Below, one piece after another: positions 51,542 to 60,538 of a stretch of 64,000 bases of DNA (its first letter is position 1; each line of letters begins with the position of its first letter). The notes under the pieces are model-generated. The model was not told the DNA's origin and made no database searches. It saw only the letters and a program-made list of their open reading frames with translations. The stretch is from assembly GCA_938034555.1 (NCBI GenBank), contig CALHLT010000022.1, positions 11,372 to 75,371 of the forward strand, given 5' to 3'. This stretch comes from an uncultured Bacillota bacterium (GTDB taxonomy: Bacteria; Bacillota; Clostridia; Christensenellales; UBA1242). Made by a program: the position numbers and the translations under genes.

Positions 51542-51546
51542 AAATA

Positions 51547-51565
51547 ACACCACAATATATGGTGT
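51547..51565. promoter_or_regulatory. inverted repeat ACACCA-N7-TGGTGT, candidate operator
   Basis: Perfect 6-bp arms at 51547-51552 and 51560-51565. A TTGCAA-17-TATATG promoter-like element follows at 51571-51599. Confidence 0.4.
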
Positions 51566-51792
51566 AATTTTTGCAAAAACTTAAAAATCATAGTATATGA
51601 GCCCAAATTGACTTTTAAAGCACGATTTGAAAGTAACGTTTTAAATTTGAAAGATAAAATTAAAAATGGTTTATTAGGCGGAATTAAATCAAAAAAGTTT
51701 GAAGTTTAATTTAAAAATTAAAAATAACAAATGCGTTCATTTATTTTGTTAATTTGTGCAAACTAATGTATAATGTTCGAAAAAGGTGGAAA

Positions 51793-54315
51793 ATGTCGCA
51801 TTTTGTATATTATGTTGTTGCCTTTGTTTGTGCAGCCGGGTTAATTTGCGCCGGTCTTCTTTTAAACAAAAAAAGCGAAAAAGCATATAAAATCTTTTTG
51901 ATTGTTGCTTCTTCTCTTGTTGCGGCAGTTTTTGCCGTTCGATATATGTATGGGGCAGACGCAATTGAGAACATGCTTGCTCTTGAGGGAACGCCTTTTG
52001 CAACGAAAGCGGAAAATTTCTTTGCAGTTTTCCTTGTTTGGTTTAGTTACAGTTCGGCTCTTTTGCTTTCACTTTATGGATTTTTCAAAGTTAAATTTTT
52101 AGACAACTTTATTAAATTTTTTGCATTACCAGTAAGTTTGCTTAGTTTATGCTTCATGAAATATCATTTCACGGCAATAATTGGCGAAAACGCAATAAAT
52201 GAATATAGCGTTCGTGGGTTTATTTTTGCCGCGGAAATTGGTCTTGTTTTTGGTTTTTCTCTTCTTGTTTTGATTTTGAAAACAAATTGGAAAAATGTTT
52301 GGGAAAAACTTTGCAAGGGTTGGGCAAATTTCGTTTCCCTTTTCAAAAAGGAAACATGGAAATTAAAGAAAGAAAAAAGAGCAGAGAAAAAGGCACAAAA
52401 AGCGCTTAAAAAAGAGGAAAAGAAGGCGCTTCGCGCAAACGCTAAAAAGAGAACTTTTGTTCAAGTTTGGAACTTAGTTTGGGAAAAAATTAAATGGTTT
52501 TTCTCGAAATATTGGTTCCCAATTTTTGCCGTTATAATTATTCTTTTCAGTCTTATGCCAGCCTACACCTTCCAAGGACTTTTTGGGTTTATCCATCAAA
52601 CGGCTCTTGCAAAAAGTTTTGAGTTGCCACACAGAATTATCTTATACATTGGAATTATTCTTCCTTTCATTATTCATTTTTCGCTTAGAAAAGAAGAATT
52701 TAGCGAAAGAAAATTCTATCTTCTTTTCATTTGCCTTGGAACGCTCATAACATTCTCTCTCCACCATAAGTTCCAATCGTTTTTAGACCCAGTTAATTGG
52801 CCATTGCACCTTTGCAACACGGCAATGTATATCATGCCAATTGTTTTAATCTTCAAAATGAAGAGATTTTTCTATTTCACGTATTTTATCAACGTTGTTG
52901 GCGCATTTTTTGCGATGTTTATGCCAAACTACAGCGAATCGCTTAATATGTTTTCAACGCGAATTTTAATTTTCTACACCAATCACTATATCGCATTCTT
53001 TATGCCAATTTTGTTTGTTTCGCTTGGAATGTTTAATAAGCCAAAATTTAAACAATTTGTTTATTCAATGCTTGGATTCTTGGGATATTTCATTCTTGTT
53101 CTTGTTTTAAACGCGATGTTCACGGGACTTCACGAAGTTGGGCTTGCGAGCGCGGCAACCGATTTCTTCTTCATTAACAGCGATTTTATTGCCGACAAAC
53201 TTGGAGAATGGTGCGTTCGGCTTATGGATATTAAGTGGGTTATTCCGGTTGGCCGAATTAAAATGACGTTCTATCCCGTCTATCAAACAATTTTCTTTAT
53301 TGTTTACATTGGAATTGGCTTTGCAATGTGGTTCATCTATGAACAAGCCTACGACATTGCAAGGAATTTTGAAGATATGAGACAGCGCAAAAAAGCAATT
53401 AAACTTGAAAGATTGGCGCTTGAAGCAAAAGTTGGGGGAAGGAGTTTAAAAGAACCTATGGAAAAAGAAAACGAAAACAAATTGATTTTAAGAAATTTCT
53501 CGAAAAAATATGGAACAAGCAATGTTTATGCTGTTAAGGACGCAAATTTGGAAGTTCATGGCGGCGAAATTTTTGGGTTCCTTGGGCCAAACGGCGCGGG
53601 AAAATCAACAATCATTAAAACTGTTGTTGGAATTCAACCAATAACAAGCGGGGAAATTGTTGTTTGCGGCTATGATGTCAAAAATCAGTCGGTTGAAGCA
53701 AAAAAACAAATTGGATTTGTTCCAGACCACTATGCCCTATATGAAAAATTAACTGGAAGAGAGTATATCAACTACATTGCCGATTTATATGAAGTTTCGT
53801 TGGAAGACAGAAACAAGAGAATTGACGAATATGTTAAACGTTTCGAACTTGAAACGGCTTTCGACAATCAAATGAAAACCTATTCCCACGGAATGAAACA
53901 AAAAATTGCAATCATGTCCGCTCTTGTTCACGACCCAAAAGTTTGGATTTTGGACGAACCTTTAACTGGACTTGACCCAAACAGCATTTTCCAAGTTAAA
54001 GAATGCATGAAAGAACACGCAAGAAAAGGAAACATTGTTTTCTTCTCAAGCCATATTATCGATGTTGTTGAAAGAATTTGCGACAGAATTGCGATAATTA
54101 AAAAAGGAACAATTTTAACCTGCAAATCGGTTAAAGAAATTGAAGAGAGCGGTGTTTCGCTTGAACAATTCTATATGGACACAATCGAACAACATGTTGA
54201 TGTTCAAGTTGACGAGCCAAAGCCAGAAGATGCTTTGGGAGAAGACGAGAACAAAAAAGAAAGAAAATTTAGAAGAAGAGATAAAAAGTCGAAAAAAGGT
54301 GAGTTAAAAGCTTAG
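51793..54315 (+). CDS. fusion protein: polytopic membrane region with a YwaF/TMEM164-like domain plus an ABC transporter ATP-binding domain
   Basis: N-terminal TM helices, a K/E-rich linker, a TM domain with the WPLHLCN motif (TIGR02206/TMEM164-like, as recalled), then Walker A GPNGAGKST, signature-like YSHGMKQK, and Walker B WILDEPLTGLD. SD AAAGGTGGA precedes ATG 51793. Confidence 0.8.
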   Translation: MSHFVYYVVAFVCAAGLICAGLLLNKKSEKAYKIFLIVASSLVAAVFAVRYMYGADAIENMLALEGTPFATKAENFFAVFLVWFSYSSALLLSLYGFFKVKFLDNFIKFFALPVSLLSLCFMKYHFTAIIGENAINEYSVRGFIFAAEIGLVFGFSLLVLILKTNWKNVWEKLCKGWANFVSLFKKETWKLKKEKRAEKKAQKALKKEEKKALRANAKKRTFVQVWNLVWEKIKWFFSKYWFPIFAVIIILFSLMPAYTFQGLFGFIHQTALAKSFELPHRIILYIGIILPFIIHFSLRKEEFSERKFYLLFICLGTLITFSLHHKFQSFLDPVNWPLHLCNTAMYIMPIVLIFKMKRFFYFTYFINVVGAFFAMFMPNYSESLNMFSTRILIFYTNHYIAFFMPILFVSLGMFNKPKFKQFVYSMLGFLGYFILVLVLNAMFTGLHEVGLASAATDFFFINSDFIADKLGEWCVRLMDIKWVIPVGRIKMTFYPVYQTIFFIVYIGIGFAMWFIYEQAYDIARNFEDMRQRKKAIKLERLALEAKVGGRSLKEPMEKENENKLILRNFSKKYGTSNVYAVKDANLEVHGGEIFGFLGPNGAGKSTIIKTVVGIQPITSGEIVVCGYDVKNQSVEAKKQIGFVPDHYALYEKLTGREYINYIADLYEVSLEDRNKRIDEYVKRFELETAFDNQMKTYSHGMKQKIAIMSALVHDPKVWILDEPLTGLDPNSIFQVKECMKEHARKGNIVFFSSHIIDVVERICDRIAIIKKGTILTCKSVKEIEESGVSLEQFYMDTIEQHVDVQVDEPKPEDALGEDENKKERKFRRRDKKSKKGELKA

Positions 54316-54320
54316 GAAAA

Positions 54321-56048
54321 ATGAAATTCAAAGAAAAGAAACAAAAGGAAGTTAGCCAAGTTAAGGCAAAGAAAACGCCTTCAAAAGCCCAAAGATATGT
54401 TAAATCGCTTTGGACTCTTGTTATGCTTCAACTTAAAGATAAAATTGATTTTTCTTTCCTTAAAAGCACCCGAAAAACAATTTTTAAGATCATATATTCA
54501 ATTTTATGGTTTGCTGGCTTAACTGCAATAATCTATTTAATGTTCTCGCTTGTTGTTAAGTTTGGGCTTTTTTCGTTCCTTCAAACTTTCAATTTCCGCG
54601 CGCTGTTAATTCTAATGACCGTTTTGTTTATTTTGTCGTTCTTTTCGTGTTTATTCAACGTAACTCGAACACTGTATTTTTCGAAAGATAATCAAGTTTT
54701 AATGACGATGCCGGCTTCAAACGGAACAATTTTCTCATCTAAACTTATTGTTTGCTTTATCTATGAACTAATAAAGAATGTGACATATATTCTTCCTTTC
54801 TTCATTGCTTATGGGCTTGTTATGAAACTTTCGTTTTTCTTCTTCCTTTGGAGCATTCTTTCGCTTATTTTCATAACTGTTATAATTGTTGCATTAAGCG
54901 GACTTCTTTCAATTCCGGCAATGGGAATAACAATTCTTCTTAAACGAAATAAAATTCTTGAATTTATTGTTGTTGGACTTGTTGTTGGAGGAATAACAAC
55001 CGCTGTTGTTTTCACAATTGGTCTTCTTCCAACCGACCTTGACCTCGTTCGAGATTGGGGAAAAATTTATTGGTCAATTCAAAATTTCCTTGCACGTTTT
55101 GCCCAAATTTTCTTTATTTTCGATTATTTCCTTCAACTTCTAACCGGAATGGTCTATAACGGAACGGCTTTTTCGCCTTTTAACACGCAAAATGCAATAA
55201 CATTTGGAATTTGCGTTGGAATTGTTCTTGTTTCAATTGGTCTTATTGTTGTCCTTTCAAAACCACTTTTCTTAAAAATGGTTAGCACGCCTTTTGAATA
55301 TAAGAAAAACGAAAAGAAAAAACCACGCAAAAATCGCAAATTTGCGGCTCTTCCTTCTTCAACAATTCAACATATGAAGCGCGAACTTAGAACCCCAAGC
55401 ATAATTTACAGCATTGCAATTGTTGCGCTTCTTACTCCAATTGCAATTTTCCTTCAAAACAAGATTATTGCCGCAATGGACACTCGAATTCTTGGAAACT
55501 ATATGGGAATTGCCTTCAACATTTTAATTATTTTGCTTATGATGCTTGCTTCAAATGTTACTTTGGCAAGTGTTTACAGCAGCGAAGGAAATTCTGCCTA
55601 TCTCAACAAAATTGTTCCCGTTGCGTTTGGAATTCCGTTAACAGGAAAACTCCTAACAAATGCGTTTATTTGTATAGTTTCAATTATTGTTTCAACTGTT
55701 TTAATTGATGTTTTTGCGCATATTGGAGCCGTTGCAACAATTCTTCTTTCAATTTCGCTTATATTAGTTTATCTTGCACATCTTTATTGGAGCGCAGAAC
55801 TTGATATTATGAATCCGCAAAATAGGCTCTATCAAACAACAGGGAAGCAACAAAAAAATCCAAACGAAATTAAGAGCACACTAATTGCGTTTTTAACCTC
55901 TGCAATTTTTGCTTTCATAAGTTTCTTCCTTATGAGCGAAAATATTCAAATTGTTTTTGTTAAACTTTTGTTAATTTCTTTTGCATTCTGCGCAGCAAGA
56001 ATATATTTGTTCTATACAAGAGTTAATTTATATTACAAGGAAAAATAG
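54321..56048 (+). CDS. polytopic membrane protein, putative ABC exporter permease
   Basis: It has 10 or more hydrophobic helices and starts 5 nt after the ABC fusion gene. Confidence 0.6.
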   Translation: MKFKEKKQKEVSQVKAKKTPSKAQRYVKSLWTLVMLQLKDKIDFSFLKSTRKTIFKIIYSILWFAGLTAIIYLMFSLVVKFGLFSFLQTFNFRALLILMTVLFILSFFSCLFNVTRTLYFSKDNQVLMTMPASNGTIFSSKLIVCFIYELIKNVTYILPFFIAYGLVMKLSFFFFLWSILSLIFITVIIVALSGLLSIPAMGITILLKRNKILEFIVVGLVVGGITTAVVFTIGLLPTDLDLVRDWGKIYWSIQNFLARFAQIFFIFDYFLQLLTGMVYNGTAFSPFNTQNAITFGICVGIVLVSIGLIVVLSKPLFLKMVSTPFEYKKNEKKKPRKNRKFAALPSSTIQHMKRELRTPSIIYSIAIVALLTPIAIFLQNKIIAAMDTRILGNYMGIAFNILIILLMMLASNVTLASVYSSEGNSAYLNKIVPVAFGIPLTGKLLTNAFICIVSIIVSTVLIDVFAHIGAVATILLSISLILVYLAHLYWSAELDIMNPQNRLYQTTGKQQKNPNEIKSTLIAFLTSAIFAFISFFLMSENIQIVFVKLLLISFAFCAARIYLFYTRVNLYYKEK

Positions 56049-56053
56049 GAAAA

Positions 56054-56572
56054 ATGAAAAAGTCGACAATTCTTCTAATATTCTTAATATATTTAGCATC
56101 AATCGTTGTGATTGGATTTTTTGGTATGAAAATTAAAGTTTATGATGAAATCAAATATGTTAAAAACATTGAAATGAGCGTTGAAGCTGAAAATGAAAAT
56201 ATGTTTACATTTATCGACGAGGGGGTTGACGCAGCAACAGGAAACAGAGCATATAAACTTGTTATTAACTTTGATAACTACTTAATTGGCTCGTTCACGC
56301 GCAAAAACGGAATAACAGAAGATAGAAAATATATCCCTTTAACTTTAATTCCTTATGTAACCTATGACACGGGCGATGTTGCAAACTCCGAAGAGGAAAG
56401 TATTAAATATAGCATTTCAAACGAGGTTTTTGTTGACAAAGAATATGTTTCGCTTTCCGAAAGGGGTCAGCTTTTGTGCTTCAAAACAGGAATTGCATTC
56501 ATAATTTATGTTGACCCTGCCTCGAAAGGCGGAAACGGAACGGGGGCAATCATTTCAGTTTATGTAAACTAA
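56054..56572 (+). CDS. membrane-anchored hypothetical protein
   Basis: A single N-terminal TM helix and a beta-rich ectodomain. It starts 5 nt after the permease, and a terminator follows. Confidence 0.5.
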   Translation: MKKSTILLIFLIYLASIVVIGFFGMKIKVYDEIKYVKNIEMSVEAENENMFTFIDEGVDAATGNRAYKLVINFDNYLIGSFTRKNGITEDRKYIPLTLIPYVTYDTGDVANSEEESIKYSISNEVFVDKEYVSLSERGQLLCFKTGIAFIIYVDPASKGGNGTGAIISVYVN

Positions 56573-56689
56573 AAATTTTGGCAATCGCCAAAATTTTTTT
56601 GTTGTTAAATCGCTTTGAGAAAAAAATTATTTATGTATAATAAATAATATTGAATTTATTTCAAAAGATAAAACAAAGGAGAAATTCAA

Positions 56690-59350
56690 ATGAAAAACAA
56701 AAAAATTGTTGTGTTCTTGCTTTCATTTCTTGCTTGCATTTGCGTTGGCGTTTTTTGCGTGTCTTGCGGAAAACCAACAGTTAAAGAAATAAGCATTAAT
56801 GCAGATTCTGTTCAAACAGAAATTTTGTATAACAGCGAATTTAACTATGACGACATTGAAGTAATTGCAAAACTTTCGGACGGAACAGAGCAAGTTCTTA
56901 GCCATGAGGAATGCGAATTTTCGAAAATTGACACAACTGTTTTAGGAAAACAAACTTTAACAGTAACCTATGGTCTTTACGAAGCAAAAATTGAAATAAC
57001 CGTTTATGAAAAACTCGAAAGAATTAGTGTTCAATATGTTAATCCTGCCGATGCAACAACAGGTTATGTTCTTCAAGGCGAAACTCTTGACCTTTCAAAG
57101 TTCAAAGTTGTTGCTTTCTATAGCAAAAACCAAGTTACATTAAAAAATTCCGAAGTAACTTTCAGCACTATTGACACCTCAACACTTGGCGAAAAAACTT
57201 TGGAAGTTTCCTATAACGGAAAATCAACTTCTGTTAAAGTTCATGTTATTGAATCTTGGGCAGATGTTATCGGCTTGGAAATTGAATCAATTTCAATTGT
57301 TCCTTCTTCCGTTGCAACTTCTGTCTATCAAAACGAAACTTATAATGTTTCAAACTTGCAAATTGTTGTTACATACAAAAACGGCTTAACAGCAACTCTT
57401 AACTATTCCGACCATTTGGAAGGGGAGGACAAAATTTCCGTTTCAACAATTGACACAACAAAAGTTGGAAAACAAAACTTAGTTGCAACATTTAAAGAGT
57501 TTTCTTCGCCTGCAATTGAGGTTGAAGTTAAAAAAACATACACAGTTATGGGATTTAGCGACCCAGCATTCGTAACGCTTTATAACGCAAATAAAGCTAA
57601 CGCAAATGAGTTTAACAAAACTGGTTCAACAGGCAAAAAAGGTTTTAGCGTTACAAACAACGAATATCTTGTTGGCGACGACAATGCGTTCATTTTCTCG
57701 CCAATTATGCAAGTTAGAACAAAAGACGGCGAATACAAAAATTTTGCTGAATATAAGGCAATTATTTCAGTTTATCTTTGCACAAACGAGATAACAGGAA
57801 CCTATGAACTTTTGGAAGGTGAAAACCTTGCAAGTTATGTTGAAGTTGACGAAATTAAACACACCTTTAAATTCACAGAAAAAGGTCTTACAAAACGCTT
57901 TAAAATAACTATTCTTCCATATGGTTTAACATCTTCGGAAGCTGCTGAAATTGAAGCAAAGTCCTTTGAATTTAGAGTTGTTGACGGCTGGAACGCATAT
58001 TCAGCAAAGGACATCTCTCTTATTGATAACGCAAACGTTAACAATAAATGGGGCGAACTTAAATCGGCAGAAGAAATTGAAATAAGCAAAAATATTAAAA
58101 GAATTATTCTTCACACTAACATAACAATTTCCGATAGTGATATTCCTTCTGTCCATTTCTTAACAAATCCAAGCGACATTCCTGCCGAGGCTGGTTCAGA
58201 AGATTATAACAGAGCATTTGGCTCGCTTATTGACTCAACAAAAGATGGAATTGGATATATCTATCAAAGAAATCTTAAAAACGGCGAAGAATTTACAATT
58301 GAAGGCAACTATTTCACTCTTTCCGCTCAAAATCTTAGTTTAATTGTAACTCAAGAGGTTGATGGAGTTTTAAAGATTTTTAAAAAGGATGAAGCATTAA
58401 CTGTCCACACAACACTTTTTGCTTTCTGTGGCGACAGATCAAACCCAGAGGGCGAGAGTGCAAATTGTAATTTGAACAACATTTCTCTTTATGGAAACAC
58501 AAAAAAATCTGAAGATGCAACACTTTCAGGCGGAGTTATGTTTGTTAAATCTTGGGGACTTAATTTCACAGCATATAACAACCTTTCACAATGCTGGTTC
58601 ATTAGTTATATGTTTGAAGGATCTTCCGAATATGACGACAAAATGGTAAACACATTTAACCATGTTAACGCATTCGATGCATATAACACACTTCTTTATG
58701 TTTGGGGCACAAGAGATGTAAGAATCCAAAACTCAACATTTATTGGCGCTGGCGGCCCAGTTATGATTTGCGACCACGTTAGCAACAATCAAACAACAGG
58801 CGAAGGCGGATATATAACAAATGTTAAAACAACAAATTCAATTCTTGAATCTTATGTTGCAGGAACAGAAGGTTGGTTCAACACCTATCAAGGTTCTGGG
58901 GCAATAGTTCAAGGGATTAAAGCAATGAACGCGCTTGTAACTCCTTATGGAAACACACTTTGCGATAAATCTGGTCAAAAAATCAACCTTATTGCAGTTT
59001 ATAAATCTGGTTCGCAAGAAGGCTTAACACAAAGCAAAATCCGCGGATCATTTACCGATACAGATGAAAAATATACAAATGGTTTAGACCTTTCAAATAG
59101 TGGAATTGAAGCAACTAAAAATCAAATTATTGCTCAACTTGCAGCATCTGGTAAGAGTCCAGAGCAAATTGCTAAAACTTTGGAACAAATGGCAATTTTG
59201 CAAACATTCAATGGTGCAGTTGGTGTTCCAGGAACAGACGGTTGGCTTAGCGCTCCAGATTCCGCAACTTTTGCAGCAGCAGAAGGCTATATGAATATAT
59301 ATTTATTCAACGGAATGGCTGCAGTTCTTGGACTTGAAAAAGTTGCATAA
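56690..59350 (+). CDS. large lipoprotein with three Ig-like repeats and a ~550-aa C-terminal domain
   Basis: Lipobox VSCG. Three repeats end in TVLGKQTLTVTYGLYEAKIEITV, STLGEKTLEVSYNGKSTSVKVHV and TKVGKQNLVATFKEFSSPAIEVEV. SD AAGGAG is present. Confidence 0.7.
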   Translation: MKNKKIVVFLLSFLACICVGVFCVSCGKPTVKEISINADSVQTEILYNSEFNYDDIEVIAKLSDGTEQVLSHEECEFSKIDTTVLGKQTLTVTYGLYEAKIEITVYEKLERISVQYVNPADATTGYVLQGETLDLSKFKVVAFYSKNQVTLKNSEVTFSTIDTSTLGEKTLEVSYNGKSTSVKVHVIESWADVIGLEIESISIVPSSVATSVYQNETYNVSNLQIVVTYKNGLTATLNYSDHLEGEDKISVSTIDTTKVGKQNLVATFKEFSSPAIEVEVKKTYTVMGFSDPAFVTLYNANKANANEFNKTGSTGKKGFSVTNNEYLVGDDNAFIFSPIMQVRTKDGEYKNFAEYKAIISVYLCTNEITGTYELLEGENLASYVEVDEIKHTFKFTEKGLTKRFKITILPYGLTSSEAAEIEAKSFEFRVVDGWNAYSAKDISLIDNANVNNKWGELKSAEEIEISKNIKRIILHTNITISDSDIPSVHFLTNPSDIPAEAGSEDYNRAFGSLIDSTKDGIGYIYQRNLKNGEEFTIEGNYFTLSAQNLSLIVTQEVDGVLKIFKKDEALTVHTTLFAFCGDRSNPEGESANCNLNNISLYGNTKKSEDATLSGGVMFVKSWGLNFTAYNNLSQCWFISYMFEGSSEYDDKMVNTFNHVNAFDAYNTLLYVWGTRDVRIQNSTFIGAGGPVMICDHVSNNQTTGEGGYITNVKTTNSILESYVAGTEGWFNTYQGSGAIVQGIKAMNALVTPYGNTLCDKSGQKINLIAVYKSGSQEGLTQSKIRGSFTDTDEKYTNGLDLSNSGIEATKNQIIAQLAASGKSPEQIAKTLEQMAILQTFNGAVGVPGTDGWLSAPDSATFAAAEGYMNIYLFNGMAAVLGLEKVA

Positions 59351-59498
59351 ACAAAATTTAATATAATAAAAAAGGCTCAATAATTTTTGGGTCTTTTTTT
59401 ATTTTAAAATTTTTGGAGTATGAAAAAAAATTAAATGTTAAAAATCAACTTGAAAAACAAAAAAAAGTTTTTTAAAAAATTTAAAAGGGGAATTAAAA

Positions 59499-60194
59499 AT
59501 GAAAAAACTAATTAAAAAAGGAATCGTTTTTGCTCTTGCATTATTTATTCTTGCGCCTGTTTCAATTTTGTTTGCTGCTTGCGGCGAAACAATTTCAAAA
59601 GTTTCAACCTTCGACGAACTTGTTCAAGCGCTTGGCGGAACAAGCGATATTGTTCAACTTACAAATGACATTGATGTCACAAGCGAAATTTTTGTTAATC
59701 GAAAAGTAACACTCGATTTAAACGGAAAAACTCTTTCAAATTCAAAAGATCTCTGGAACCTTAAAACAAATCAATTTTCGCTTATAGGTTCGGGAAAAAA
59801 CGGCGATTTAACAATAACTGGAAACGGAAGAATTGTTGCAAAAAAAGACGACTGCTATGGCGTTGACGCTCGCGATGGGGGAAAACTTGTTATTGAAAAC
59901 ACGGAAATTATTGGAAACGTAACTGCGGTCTATTCCTATGAAGGCGATGTTGAAATTCGAAGCGGAACATTCTCAATCGAGCAACTTAGCGAGAATTTTG
60001 GGCATAAACTTTTAATCAATTTATACGACCAAAACCGCGACGCCGGCAAAACGACCTTAAAGGTTTATGGCGGAACTTATGTTGGATTCGACCCAGCAAA
60101 CCCAATGGAAAACGGCTATAAACTTCTTCCAGAAGGTTACACTTCAACATTAGTTGACGAAGCAACAAACACTTATAAAGTTACAATGTCTTAA
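59499..60194 (+). CDS. lipoprotein, possibly beta-helix fold
   Basis: Lipobox FAAC and repetitive G/N-rich strands (ITGNGRIVAKKDDCYGVDARDGGKLVIENTEIIGNVTAVYSYEGDVEIRSG). Confidence 0.6.
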   Translation: MKKLIKKGIVFALALFILAPVSILFAACGETISKVSTFDELVQALGGTSDIVQLTNDIDVTSEIFVNRKVTLDLNGKTLSNSKDLWNLKTNQFSLIGSGKNGDLTITGNGRIVAKKDDCYGVDARDGGKLVIENTEIIGNVTAVYSYEGDVEIRSGTFSIEQLSENFGHKLLINLYDQNRDAGKTTLKVYGGTYVGFDPANPMENGYKLLPEGYTSTLVDEATNTYKVTMS

Positions 60195-60208
60195 AAATTA
60201 AAAAATTG

Positions 60209-60237
60209 CACATTTCAAATCGAAATGTGTTTTTTTT
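60209..60237 (+). terminator. intrinsic terminator of the lipoprotein gene
   Basis: CACATTTC / GAAATGTG stem followed by a T8 run. Confidence 0.8.
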
Positions 60238-60247
60238 AAAAAAAGTG

Positions 60248-60276
60248 TTGACAAATGATTTTTTTTGGCATATATT
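60248..60276 (+). promoter_or_regulatory. promoter of the asnA leader transcript
   Basis: TTGACA (60248-60253), 17 nt, TATATT (60271-60276). Confidence 0.65.
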
Positions 60277-60303
60277 AATTTTAGACAAACAAAAGGAGAA
60301 ACT

Positions 60304-60387
60304 ATGTTTCAATTATTAATCAATAACAATAATAATTCAAACAGCGCACAAAATTGTGGGTTTCTTTTTGTTGTTGATTTAATTTAA
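60304..60387 (+). CDS. 27-codon Asn-rich leader peptide (MFQLLINNNNNSNSAQNCGFLFVVDLI)
   Basis: AGGAG (60294-60298) lies 5 nt before the ATG. Seven of the 27 codons are Asn, including five in a row (60322-60336). It lies between the promoter and an intrinsic terminator upstream of asnA. Confidence 0.5.
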   Translation: MFQLLINNNNNSNSAQNCGFLFVVDLI

Positions 60388-60415
60388 AAAAACAAATTAA
60401 ATAATTAGATAAATT

Positions 60416-60449
60416 AACACCTTTGGAACCCCCCGAAAGGTGTTTTTTT
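60416..60449 (+). terminator. intrinsic terminator (attenuator) in the asnA leader
   Basis: AACACCTTT(GG) / (CC)gAAAGGTGTT stem with a C-rich loop, followed by a T-run. Confidence 0.75.
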
Positions 60450-60475
60450 AATTTCAAAAAAAGGAGTAATGCAAA

Positions 60476-60538
60476 ATGAAAAAACAAGCAAATGCCGTAG
60501 CGGGCGATGGAAATAATATTTTGCATTTAAGGATTTAA
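60476..60538 (+). CDS. second mini-ORF (MKKQANAVAGDGNNILHLRI)
   Basis: AGGAG (60462-60466) lies 9 nt before the ATG. The ORF has an Asn-Asn pair at 60512-60517, and its 3' end lies inside the 5' arm of the following hairpin. Confidence 0.3.
   Translation: MKKQANAVAGDGNNILHLRI

Noticed and set aside
60320-60526. 68-aa minus-strand ORF across the asnA leader.
   Set aside because: It has no SD or promoter and runs through the terminator hairpin. The plus-strand promoter, SD, mini-ORF and terminator arrangement explains the region better.
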